A DNA stretch of 47,688 nucleotides from a virus. The notes under the pieces are model-generated. The model did no database searches and was not told the origin of the DNA. It saw nothing but the letters and a program-made list of their open reading frames with translations. Both the position numbers and the translations under genes were made by a program. Location of the stretch: IMG/VR virus record IMGVR_UViG_3300044709_000119, positions 1-47,688 of that record, one strand, 5' to 3'. This document shows positions 15,153 to 21,915 of this stretch, piece by piece. Each line of letters begins with the position of its first letter. The stretch's first letter is position 1.

Positions 15153-15194
15153 AGCCTAACCCAGGGAGGGCTGAGCGTCAACATAGAAGTGACA
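15153..15194 (-). promoter_or_regulatory. sigma70-like promoter with 19-bp motif TGTCACTTCTATGTTGACG
   Basis: minus strand: TTGACG, 17 nt, TAGGCT, then a leader sharing CCGAAAGGACTTCCC with the 14133 promoter leader. Confidence 0.6.
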
Positions 15195-15431
15195 TTCCGA
15201 GTGAGAAAGTCAGCGCGCCTCAAGCCCGTCGACCTGCCCAAGGGAGCCCCAACCTTCCCACCCGCCCCACGGCACTCCCTCTCCAGCCCTCACACCCAAA
15301 CCTCCCAATGGCCCGATAGAGGGAACGACTCCGAAACAGATGGGACTACTGCTCCCCTGGTCAGTGAGACCAGTGGTTCACAAGTGGCGGTTGTCCTAGA
15401 CAAACGGTGGACAGACCTCGTGCGCAGCCAT

Positions 15432-15449
15432 TGTGAACCAGCGGTCACA
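15432..15449. promoter_or_regulatory. palindromic operator-like site TGTGAACcagcGGTCACA
   Basis: 6 of 7 matching arms; same consensus as 15843, 15884 and 16746. Confidence 0.4.
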
Positions 15450-15842
15450 GTGCGGCAGGCGGCCGGCCTTGCCCGATATCGGGCAGGAATGAGTCGATAG
15501 CTCGAGCTAGAGCCGGCGAAGCCGCGCTCGGACAGGGTCGCCTTGCTACCTGGATGCGCCATCCAGCGACGGCAACTACCCGAAGCGTCCAGCTCCAGCC
15601 CTGGTCGGCCTGGCCCCAGAAGCCACGGAAGAGGGCACCCCACCACCCGTTCCACCCCTATCCTCACGTCGCGCCAATCCGATAGTGTTGACCGAGGCCA
15701 GCTAAGTGCGCGATATCAGGTGGCGCGCAGCCCGGAAGTGTCCCCGCTCCGTACGGTGGACACACTCGATCGGATTGGTAGGCCTCGCCGGCGCCCTCAC
15801 GCGACAGGGCCCCGAGCTCGCCCACCATGACGCAGTGCTCCT

Positions 15843-15860
15843 TGTGAACTGGCGTTCACA
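15843..15860. promoter_or_regulatory. palindromic operator-like site TGTGAACtggcGTTCACA (GAAC-N4-GTTC core)
   Basis: perfect 7-bp inverted arms. Confidence 0.55.
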
Positions 15861-15883
15861 GTCGGCTGGTCGGTCGCCTGCTG

Positions 15884-15900
15884 TGTGAACTGGAGTTCAC
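15884..15900. promoter_or_regulatory. palindromic operator-like site TGTGAACtggaGTTCAC
   Basis: perfect 6-bp arms; 41 bp centre-to-centre from the 15843 site. Confidence 0.55.
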
Positions 15901-15999
15901 GGCCTGCCTGCAGGCTCCCGAGCTCGACAGCCAGGCCAAAGGGACCCAGGGGGAGGCAGGGGCCAGCTGGGGGAGCGGGCACCCCACCCCAAACTTTTC

Positions 16000-16032
16000 T
16001 TGACCCTGGACTCTGTCACTTGTATGTTGACG
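16000..16032 (+). promoter_or_regulatory. rightward promoter region containing 19-bp motif variant TGTCACTTGTATGTTGACG (16014-16032)
   Basis: TTGACC (16000-16005), 17 nt, TATGTT (16023-16028), 6 nt, in-frame GTG 16035 (leaderless geometry); alternative TTGACG, 17 nt, CACATT. Confidence 0.5.
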
Positions 16033-16034
16033 AT

Positions 16035-16298
16035 GTGAGCGAACGAATACACATTGCGGCGCCTCCCGTCCGAGTAGGCGACAAGCTGCGACAGATTTGC
16101 GCCTGGTGCGACCATGTCCTAATCGACGTAGACCTGTCGCTGGTGATGTCGCCAGACACTCGCCCGTACAGCACCTGGGAGACGTACGCGCTCGTGGCGG
16201 TAGACGGGCCAGGCTCTTGGGTTGTACCGGACGAAGGCGGGCCGCTTCCTCTGCGCTGCTGCGCCAGTCAGCGAAAGCTTGAACTGGTGGGAGGGTGA
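16035..16298 (+). CDS. hypothetical protein (87 aa, CAWCDH motif)
   Basis: GTG 16035 is the only plausible start downstream of the promoter in the 15885..16298 frame. Confidence 0.45.
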   Translation: MSERIHIAAPPVRVGDKLRQICAWCDHVLIDVDLSLVMSPDTRPYSTWETYALVAVDGPGSWVVPDEGGPLPLRCCASQRKLELVGG

Positions 16299-16750
16299 GA
16301 ATCCGTCACGGCTCAACCGAGCTCACCATCACCCGCTGGGTCGACAAGCCATGTAGGCGCTGCGGTGGCGACGGCCAGTGCTCCTACTCAAACACAGCCA
16401 CCTGGCGGGGCGGTATGGGAGGAGCGGCAATAGCCAGTGACGTATGCGACAGCTGCTGGGGCACCGGAGACGCCGCTAACCCTGGCCCAGACCTACGAGC
16501 CTGGGAGGCGAAGCGCCAGCGAGACGTGGAGGCCATGGCTGCGGAGTTCCTCGACAACTCCTTGGGAGTCGGGATGGTCGTCCTCAGTGGCGCCCAGCTG
16601 GCAATCGCTGACCACCTGGACGCGCTCTGTAGAAAGCGGAAAACTGATTTGTCAACCGAGGCGCTCGCCCGGCTTCTCTCACGAAAGCTACGGGCTCTGG
16701 CCGAGGCGAGCCGCGACCACGTCCGCCGGGCCACCAAGGCTGAGCTGTGA
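16295..16750 (+). CDS. hypothetical protein with CxxC...CxxC zinc-ribbon-like N-terminus (151 aa)
   Basis: GTG overlaps the upstream stop (GTGA); CRRCGGDGQC...CDSCWGTG. Confidence 0.6.
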   Translation: MRIRHGSTELTITRWVDKPCRRCGGDGQCSYSNTATWRGGMGGAAIASDVCDSCWGTGDAANPGPDLRAWEAKRQRDVEAMAAEFLDNSLGVGMVVLSGAQLAIADHLDALCRKRKTDLSTEALARLLSRKLRALAEASRDHVRRATKAEL

Positions 16751-16762
16751 ACTCCCGTTCAT
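16746..16762. promoter_or_regulatory. operator-like site TGTGAACtcccGTTCAT at the start of the LexA-DBD-like gene
   Basis: GAAC-N4-GTTC core shared with the sites at 15843 and 15884. Confidence 0.45.
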
Positions 16763-17028
16763 ACCCCAAGACGCCCATGCTGCCCTGCGGGCTCACCGCC
16801 CGCCAGGCAGAGATTCTCGCCTACATCGACTCCTATATTGAGCTCTTGGGCCATCACCCGTCGGTGCGCGAGATTTGCCGAGCCTTCGGATGGAAGGGGA
16901 CCCATGCGGCTTCTGACCAAGTCCGAGCCCTGAAGCGCAAAGGCTTCCTGGTCGATAACTCCCTCTTCCGGAACATCCTGGTCGTGGCGCCAGCTGGCAA
17001 AGCCCTGGTATTGTCACTTCTGTGTTGA
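16747..17028 (+). CDS. LexA N-terminal DNA-binding-domain-like regulator (no peptidase domain)
   Basis: LTARQAEILAYIDSYIELLGHHPSVREICRAFGWKGTHAASDQVRALKRKGFL parallels the LexA wHTH (LTARQ..V...I......G.PP...EIA...G..S..A...HL.AL.RKG.I); alternative start ATG 16777. Confidence 0.7.
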   Translation: MNSRSYPKTPMLPCGLTARQAEILAYIDSYIELLGHHPSVREICRAFGWKGTHAASDQVRALKRKGFLVDNSLFRNILVVAPAGKALVLSLLC

Positions 17029-17053
17029 CACGCAGGCTCCGTTCCCTTACTCT
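17012..17053 (+). promoter_or_regulatory. sigma70-like promoter with 19-bp motif TGTCACTTCTGTGTTGACA
   Basis: TTGACA (17025-17030), 17 nt, TACTCT (17048-17053), 6 nt, ATG 17060 (leaderless geometry); the upstream gene's TGA lies inside TTGACA. Confidence 0.65.
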
Positions 17054-17059
17054 CAGGGG

Positions 17060-17437
17060 ATGGATTCACTGAACCAATCCGAGTTTCTGCCGTGCCCGTT
17101 CTGCGGCGACAAGGACCAGCTTGAGACGTGCGTCAACGACGCAGACGACCCGAGCGACTGCTGGGTCCAATGCGAGGGGTGCTTCTCGCAAGGTCCCACG
17201 GCTACGATCGGTTGCCGCGACGATGAAGAGGGCGACATTGACCTGGAGTTTGAAGCTTTCGAGCTCTGGAACGAACGCGCAAAGCCCACCGTCGACGAAC
17301 TCGCCACCTACCTGCAATCGGCTGAGGTGCGGGCTAGGGTGAAAGAAGCGATAATCGCCAACTCGGGCGTTCACGCTCGCGACATGCCTGAATGCGTCGA
17401 CGCCGTGATCGCGGCGCCGCTCGGGTGGTCAAAGTGA
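17060..17437 (+). CDS. lar: Lar-like restriction alleviation protein
   Basis: LPCPFCG...VQCEGC...AFELWNERA fits the Lar family pattern (PCPFCG..., C..C, A...WN.R). Confidence 0.6.
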   Translation: MDSLNQSEFLPCPFCGDKDQLETCVNDADDPSDCWVQCEGCFSQGPTATIGCRDDEEGDIDLEFEAFELWNERAKPTVDELATYLQSAEVRARVKEAIIANSGVHARDMPECVDAVIAAPLGWSK

Positions 17438-17715
17438 CCAATCGCGACGCGGATCAAACCTACTGCGCGGTGTGTGAAACTAAGGGATGCACTTGCGGCC
17501 CCGGCGCCCTGGTCACTCGCGAAGGACCCTCGGACCCGATACCCATGCTCCTGTGGTGCCCAGAGTGCAGCGAGCGCCACGTTGACCTGGACGTGTTTGC
17601 GGCAAAGTCTCACCATACTCACGCTTGCCAGCACTGTGGGCATGTCTGGCGACCTGCGATTGTGGCGACCGTTGGGGTGCGGTTCCTGCCTGGCTTCAAG
17701 GACGCGAAACCATGA
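17434..17715 (+). CDS. Cys-rich zinc-finger-like protein (93 aa)
   Basis: GTG overlaps the upstream stop (GTGA); CAVCETKGCTC...CPEC...CQHC. Confidence 0.55.
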   Translation: MTNRDADQTYCAVCETKGCTCGPGALVTREGPSDPIPMLLWCPECSERHVDLDVFAAKSHHTHACQHCGHVWRPAIVATVGVRFLPGFKDAKP

Positions 17716-17948
17716 GCATCACCGAAAAAGAACGCCACGTGCTGGAGCACGCCTGCGCCTGGCGGCACGAGCGCCAGTTCTATCGGAACCACTACTGCGC
17801 CGGACCTGACCACGAAGACTGGCGAATGCTGCAAGCGCTTTGCGAGCGCGGGCTGATGCGCGTCGCTCAGGGGCCGGGCCCGGCGCTCGGCGGTCAGAGT
17901 GTGTTCGCCGTGACCGCGACAGGGCGCTTGGCGCTGGAGACTACATGA
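17712..17948 (+). CDS. hypothetical protein (78 aa)
   Basis: ATG overlaps the upstream stop (ATGA). Confidence 0.55.
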   Translation: MSITEKERHVLEHACAWRHERQFYRNHYCAGPDHEDWRMLQALCERGLMRVAQGPGPALGGQSVFAVTATGRLALETT

Positions 17949-18331
17949 CCACCAAACCCGTCACACCCGAGTTTCTGCGCGGATGGCTCGCCGCCTTGGT
18001 CAGCGTTACACGCCTTCAGGTGCCTCTGATGCGCATCGCGCTACCCACCAACTTCCAGCGCGGCGTTCTGCGTGGGCTGGAGATGGCGCAGTCAGCGTTG
18101 GAGGAGGAGGAGCCAGCCGCAGACGAACTCGCCGCCGCAAAGGAGCGGCTGGGGGCGTGGCTGGTCGGCGACTCGACGCGCACCTGGGCTAGACGTGAGT
18201 CCGTCGGCGACAGGAGGCCGTTCCGAATTTGGTTGTACCAGGGCGGGGTCATGGGCAAGTCGGATTGGTGCGCTACCGAAGCCGCCGCAACCATTGCCGC
18301 GCTGGATGCGGCCGAGAAAGGCGAGCGATGA
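17945..18331 (+). CDS. hypothetical protein (128 aa)
   Basis: ATG overlaps the upstream stop (ATGA). Confidence 0.55.
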   Translation: MTTKPVTPEFLRGWLAALVSVTRLQVPLMRIALPTNFQRGVLRGLEMAQSALEEEEPAADELAAAKERLGAWLVGDSTRTWARRESVGDRRPFRIWLYQGGVMGKSDWCATEAAATIAALDAAEKGER

Positions 18332-18546
18332 ACTGGAAACCATACGAACTCGGCCCTGACGGCGAGGTGCCGGTGACCGAAGGGACCCTCTATCTCTTTG
18401 CCCTGGAACTCGAGCCCGGTGGATGGACCTACTTCGTGGACTCGATGGTCTGGGACTCCGAGACCGACCCAACCTGGCGCGATGGTGACCACGGCTGGGA
18501 CCTGGACGTCCCTGAGTTCTACTGCGAACTGGAGCCCCCACGATGA
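18328..18546 (+). CDS. hypothetical acidic protein (72 aa)
   Basis: ATG overlaps the upstream stop (ATGA). Confidence 0.55.
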   Translation: MNWKPYELGPDGEVPVTEGTLYLFALELEPGGWTYFVDSMVWDSETDPTWRDGDHGWDLDVPEFYCELEPPR

Positions 18547-18692
18547 AACGCCTCTACCCAGATGGTGGCCTATGCGGGCTATGGGGCGCCTTGTGCCGGA
18601 TGCGCACATTCGGCGACAAGCAGAACCTGCTCCTGTCTAGGGCGCTGTACGGACGACTCATGGACAGGACATTTACCCTGGTGCGCGCATGA
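18543..18692 (+). CDS. degenerate member of the junction-cassette family (49 aa, MKRL...LYGRLMDR...RA)
   Basis: ATGAAACGCCT head and CTGTACGGACGACTCATGGACAGGAC...CGCGCATGA tail align with the cassette head and tail; ATGA overlaps on both sides. Confidence 0.45.
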   Translation: MKRLYPDGGLCGLWGALCRMRTFGDKQNLLLSRALYGRLMDRTFTLVRA

Positions 18693-18922
18693 GCAAGACG
18701 CGCCACATGACCGACCGACAGCGGAAGGTGAAGTTCGACAGGCCTTCCGTGGTCTTTCATGAGTCACGTGGCTGCGACTTCCAGAACAAGAAGAAGTTCG
18801 CCACGCGCGGCCAGGCCCGCCACTGCGCAGCCGTGGCGACCAAACGCTACGGCACGCTGTTCTACGAGTACCATTGCCAGGCATGCAAACAATGGCACCT
18901 AACCACCACCCGAATCCCATGA
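18689..18922 (+). CDS. hypothetical basic protein (77 aa)
   Basis: ATG overlaps the upstream stop; HCQACKQWH. Confidence 0.55.
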   Translation: MSKTRHMTDRQRKVKFDRPSVVFHESRGCDFQNKKKFATRGQARHCAAVATKRYGTLFYEYHCQACKQWHLTTTRIP

Positions 18923-19467
18923 CACAGCGTCATACCTACGGAATCAATCCGGCAGACGGAGCCGCTTTTATAGGCTCAGAATGGCCCAAGACCACCATGT
19001 CCTGTGAACACCGATTCATCCTGGAGCCAGTAAGCAATGTACGTAAGTGTGCCAAGTGCGGAAAGGTAGACCACTGCCACGCGCCTTGCGACCATGACTT
19101 CGGCGGCGGCAAGATTTGCGTGAAGTGCAGGTGGATCCCGGCGCTCGGAGACTACGAGGGAGCTAAGGGCACCTGTTCTGGAAAACGTCACGAGACAGAT
19201 GACGTACCGCTAGCGGCTCTCTACAAAGAGATCCGAGTCGCCTACCAAAGACTGGTCGAGGCGCAGATCACGGGCGACAGTCACAAAGTGGACGACACTA
19301 CGTTCAACCTCGGGCGCTACGTCGAACTGCTACCCAAGCCAGAGCCGATACTTGAGTGTCTTTGGGAGTACACCAAGAACAGTAATCCAGCAAAACCGTT
19401 CACAGAAGCCGCGATGAAAGCTGCCCTAGAACACTACATCGCCATGGGAAAGCCCGACCTCGAATAA
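18919..19467 (+). CDS. hypothetical Cys-rich protein (182 aa)
   Basis: ATG overlaps the upstream stop (ATGA); CAKCGKVDHCHAPCDH...CVKC. Confidence 0.6.
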   Translation: MTQRHTYGINPADGAAFIGSEWPKTTMSCEHRFILEPVSNVRKCAKCGKVDHCHAPCDHDFGGGKICVKCRWIPALGDYEGAKGTCSGKRHETDDVPLAALYKEIRVAYQRLVEAQITGDSHKVDDTTFNLGRYVELLPKPEPILECLWEYTKNSNPAKPFTEAAMKAALEHYIAMGKPDLE

Positions 19468-19482
19468 AGCACATCGCCACGT

Positions 19483-19893
19483 ATGTCCAAGCCTAACTCT
19501 ATCGCCAACCTCGCCAGAGAACTCGGCCTCACACGCCAGGCGCTCCACGCTCGCCTGAGGCGCATGCCGGAGGCGCAAGCGCTGAGGGACGCCGAAGGGC
19601 GCAAGCGCAGGGAGTCTCGACTACGACGCTACATCCTCATCATCGACGGCGTGGAGCTCTCGACGGAGACCTGTGCCCAGATTTTCGAGGTGAGCGTGCG
19701 TCAGGTGCGCCGATGGGTGAAGCTCGGCCTGGTCGAGTGCCGTGCCCCGCTCGGAAAGCGCAAGTGCTCCGTCTGCGGCACGCCAGGCCACTACCGCTCT
19801 AGCCCCGAGTGCCCCGGATTGCATACAGCTGCGGGAGAACCAACTGCGCCTCCTCCAGCGTCAGCGGCGCCTTCATCCCCAGGCGTCGAATGA
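19483..19893 (+). CDS. HTH DNA-binding protein with CCHC-like knuckle
   Basis: SIANLARELGLTRQALHARLRR and CAQIFEVSVRQVRRWVKLG HTH-like segments; CSVCGTPGH; low-complexity tail overlaps a convergent ORF. Confidence 0.55.
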   Translation: MSKPNSIANLARELGLTRQALHARLRRMPEAQALRDAEGRKRRESRLRRYILIIDGVELSTETCAQIFEVSVRQVRRWVKLGLVECRAPLGKRKCSVCGTPGHYRSSPECPGLHTAAGEPTAPPPASAAPSSPGVE

Positions 19894-20068
19894 CCTCGCG
19901 AGCCGTCTTCGTGCTCACGCCGGCCTTCTCCGCCAGCTCCTTCGCCGCGAAGCGCTTGGGGCCCGCACGGAAAGTCCCAGGCTCCGGCCTAGTGACCCCA
20001 GTCCCCCTCGCGGCCTTCTCCATCGAGAGCTTCCAGCCGATTCCATGTTCCAACCTGTGTTTCTTCAC
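19799..20068 (-). CDS. HTH protein on the opposite strand (89 aa)
   Basis: FAAKELAEKAGVSTKTAREVIRRLG HTH-like; converges on and overlaps 19483..19893 by 95 nt. Confidence 0.4.
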   Translation of the reverse strand: MKKHRLEHGIGWKLSMEKAARGTGVTRPEPGTFRAGPKRFAAKELAEKAGVSTKTAREVIRRLGMKAPLTLEEAQLVLPQLYAIRGTRG

Positions 20069-20099
20069 CCGAGCGAAGATACCGCTTCCCAGGACCCAA

Positions 20100-20118
20100 T
20101 GTCCATTGTATGTTTACA
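20100..20118 (+). promoter_or_regulatory. degenerate copy of the 19-bp motif (TGTCCATTGTATGTTTACA)
   Basis: 14 of 19 matches to the consensus; upstream of 20185..20358; no convincing -10 at 17 nt. Confidence 0.35.
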
Positions 20119-20184
20119 CCACCTGGGCGCCTCATGCCGTCGCGCCCCACTCGACCTACCACTGAGGCGCCCAGGGAATTCTCC

Positions 20185-20358
20185 ATGAAAAGACTCAACG
20201 AAGAGGTCTGCATGAGCGAGTGGCTTCGTGCGCACGCGCCGACGGCCCTGTTCCGCAGGAAATCGCGACCGAGCAAGATCTCAAAAAATGCGATGACCAT
20301 CCTCTTCTTACGCCTCGAAGGGATCTGCCCATTCCCCGACATGCGAGCATGGCCGTGA
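20185..20358 (+). CDS. hypothetical protein (57 aa)
   Basis: ATG 20185 after GGGAATTCTCC; TGA lies inside the cassette head (GTGA). Confidence 0.45.
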   Translation: MKRLNEEVCMSEWLRAHAPTALFRRKSRPSKISKNAMTILFLRLEGICPFPDMRAWP

Positions 20359-20528
20359 AGCGCCTGGAGGACACTCGCGGGCGTATGGACTGGCGGCTGC
20401 ATGACCGGCTGTACCGGCGGCTGGCGGGGCGGCTGGGCGGGCGGCTGGACGGGCCGGTGTGGCGGCGGCTGAGCGGTCGACTTGGCTGGCGGCTGGACGG
20501 GCAGATCTATGACAGGAGTATGCTGTGA
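20355..20528 (+). CDS. junction cassette copy 8: (x-x-R-L) repeat mini-ORF, 57 aa
   Basis: GTGAAGCGCCTGGAGGACACTCGCGGGCGTATG head; tail ATCTATGACAGGAGTATGCTGTGA overlaps the GTG of the rusA-like gene. Confidence 0.55.
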   Translation: MKRLEDTRGRMDWRLHDRLYRRLAGRLGGRLDGPVWRRLSGRLGWRLDGQIYDRSML

Positions 20529-21133
20529 ACGCGAGCATCTGGTTCCCGTTCAAGTTCCCAAACTTCAACGAGCTCATCGCTGACGCGAGCAAGGTACGTC
20601 AGAAGCGTCGCCGCTCGCCGCTCGAGAAGAAACAGGTCGTACCAGCCTACGCCGAGACCAAACGCCGATGGACCAGTATCGTAGTCGCCTGGTGCCGGCA
20701 AAAGGGCTACGCGGTTCTTCCTGGCTGCTGGGAGTTCACTTACCTCTTCGTCGAAGAGAACATGCGGAAGGACCCGCTCAACATCGCGGCGGGAGCAGTC
20801 AAGATGATTGAAGACGGCCTCGTGAAGGCCGGCGTCATGGAGAACGACGGCTGGGCCCAGGTCTCCTCCCTTCATTGCTATTTTGCCTCCACCAAAGACA
20901 AAGAAACCCACGGCCTCGGCAAAGCCGGGGTGCTCCTATCAATCGGTCCCAAGATGTCCACCGAGGCAGAAATGCTCGAGGTGGCAAGAATGCTGAGCAA
21001 AGATGTCCCAAGAAGTCGCAGCCAAAAAACCACGATCCAAGCCCTGGAAGCCTCCGACGGAGCTCCAGATCATCTCTCGCCTCCAGAAGGAGATGGCCCA
21101 ACTGAACCCGTCAGCGAGGAAGCGAGTCTATGA
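20525..21133 (+). CDS. rusA: RusA-like Holliday junction resolvase
   Basis: FPFKFPNFNE and RKDPLNIAAGAVKMIEDGLVKAGVMENDGWAQV parallel the RusA segments PWPPSNN and [27 protein letters not shown]; the last 130 nt overlap a better-scoring frame. Confidence 0.55.
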   Translation: MNASIWFPFKFPNFNELIADASKVRQKRRRSPLEKKQVVPAYAETKRRWTSIVVAWCRQKGYAVLPGCWEFTYLFVEENMRKDPLNIAAGAVKMIEDGLVKAGVMENDGWAQVSSLHCYFASTKDKETHGLGKAGVLLSIGPKMSTEAEMLEVARMLSKDVPRSRSQKTTIQALEASDGAPDHLSPPEGDGPTEPVSEEASL

Positions 21134-21266
21134 CTACCTCGGCACAACGCTGGATGACCTCAATCCGGCTCCATCGCGACCAGATCCGGCGATTCAACCG
21201 GCTCTCTTCGCAGAGCCTGCAGGGTCGGACCTTCGCGCCGGCCACGACTCCGATGTCCTCAGCTGA
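21003..21266 (+). CDS. hypothetical protein (87 aa)
   Basis: hand-counted GC3 about 72 percent in this frame versus about 44 percent in the rusA frame across 21003-21133. Confidence 0.45.
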   Translation: MSQEVAAKKPRSKPWKPPTELQIISRLQKEMAQLNPSARKRVYDYLGTTLDDLNPAPSRPDPAIQPALFAEPAGSDLRAGHDSDVLS

Positions 21267-21570
21267 AGCCGCCTACACGGTCTGCCACGTCGTCGAGTTC
21301 ACCAGTGGGACTCGCGTGGCGGCACCTGGCCCGACCTACCTCGACGAGACGGATGCGCGGAAGGGGCAGGTGGAGCGAACGTCGTTCCTGCAGGCCATCT
21401 CGCAGGCGGTAGTTCTGATCCCGACCGGAGGCGAGCCGGTGCGGATGTCGCTCTCGCAGCTTCTTGCTGAACTCGGGATCAAAGCGCTCGGGATCAGCAT
21501 CGAGCAGCGCAAGGTCATGGGTGCTATTGCTGTGGCGAAGCCGCCAAAGATCGTCTTGGCATCGCACTGA
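21253..21570 (+). CDS. hypothetical protein (105 aa)
   Basis: internal ATG 21253 of the track ORF 21130..21570, just before the stop of 21003..21266. Confidence 0.5.
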   Translation: MSSAEAAYTVCHVVEFTSGTRVAAPGPTYLDETDARKGQVERTSFLQAISQAVVLIPTGGEPVRMSLSQLLAELGIKALGISIEQRKVMGAIAVAKPPKIVLASH

Positions 21571-21576
21571 GGAACC

Positions 21577-21915
21577 ATGGAAGACCCCCAAGTAAAAGAC
21601 CCAGTCCTGTTCTACCCACACGACCATCAGCCAGGTAATCCGGCGCTCTACGCCATGATCACCGGCATCCTATCGAGCGACTTCGTCTCGCTCGCTGTCC
21701 TGTCCGAGGACGGCATCGAGACACCGACCCAGCACGAGCGCGTCCAGCTCTACCGGGGTGGCCAGAAGCCCGATACGTACTACTGCGTGCCGTACTCCCT
21801 GGGAAGCGAGTCAGCGCGCGAGTTGCCGGCGCCGGAGGTGAGTGAAGACGCCTTCGAGGAAGACCCGGAGATCGATACCGTCGTTCCTGCGGACGACGAG
21901 GAAGCGGAAGCGTGA
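21577..21915 (+). CDS. hypothetical acidic protein (112 aa)
   Basis: ATG after GAGGAACC. Confidence 0.65.
   Translation: MEDPQVKDPVLFYPHDHQPGNPALYAMITGILSSDFVSLAVLSEDGIETPTQHERVQLYRGGQKPDTYYCVPYSLGSESARELPAPEVSEDAFEEDPEIDTVVPADDEEAEA

Noticed and set aside
15664-15828. A 54-aa minus-strand ORF with an AAGGAG RBS just downstream of the 15843 palindrome
   Set aside because: The RBS and position are plausible, but the sequence is Gly/Ala/Pro-rich with no features. It is mentioned only in the control-region finding.
20185-20196. MKRL N-terminus of ORF 20185-20358 as another cassette relative
   Set aside because: Only the first four codons match. There is no head, tail or periodicity similarity at nucleotide level.
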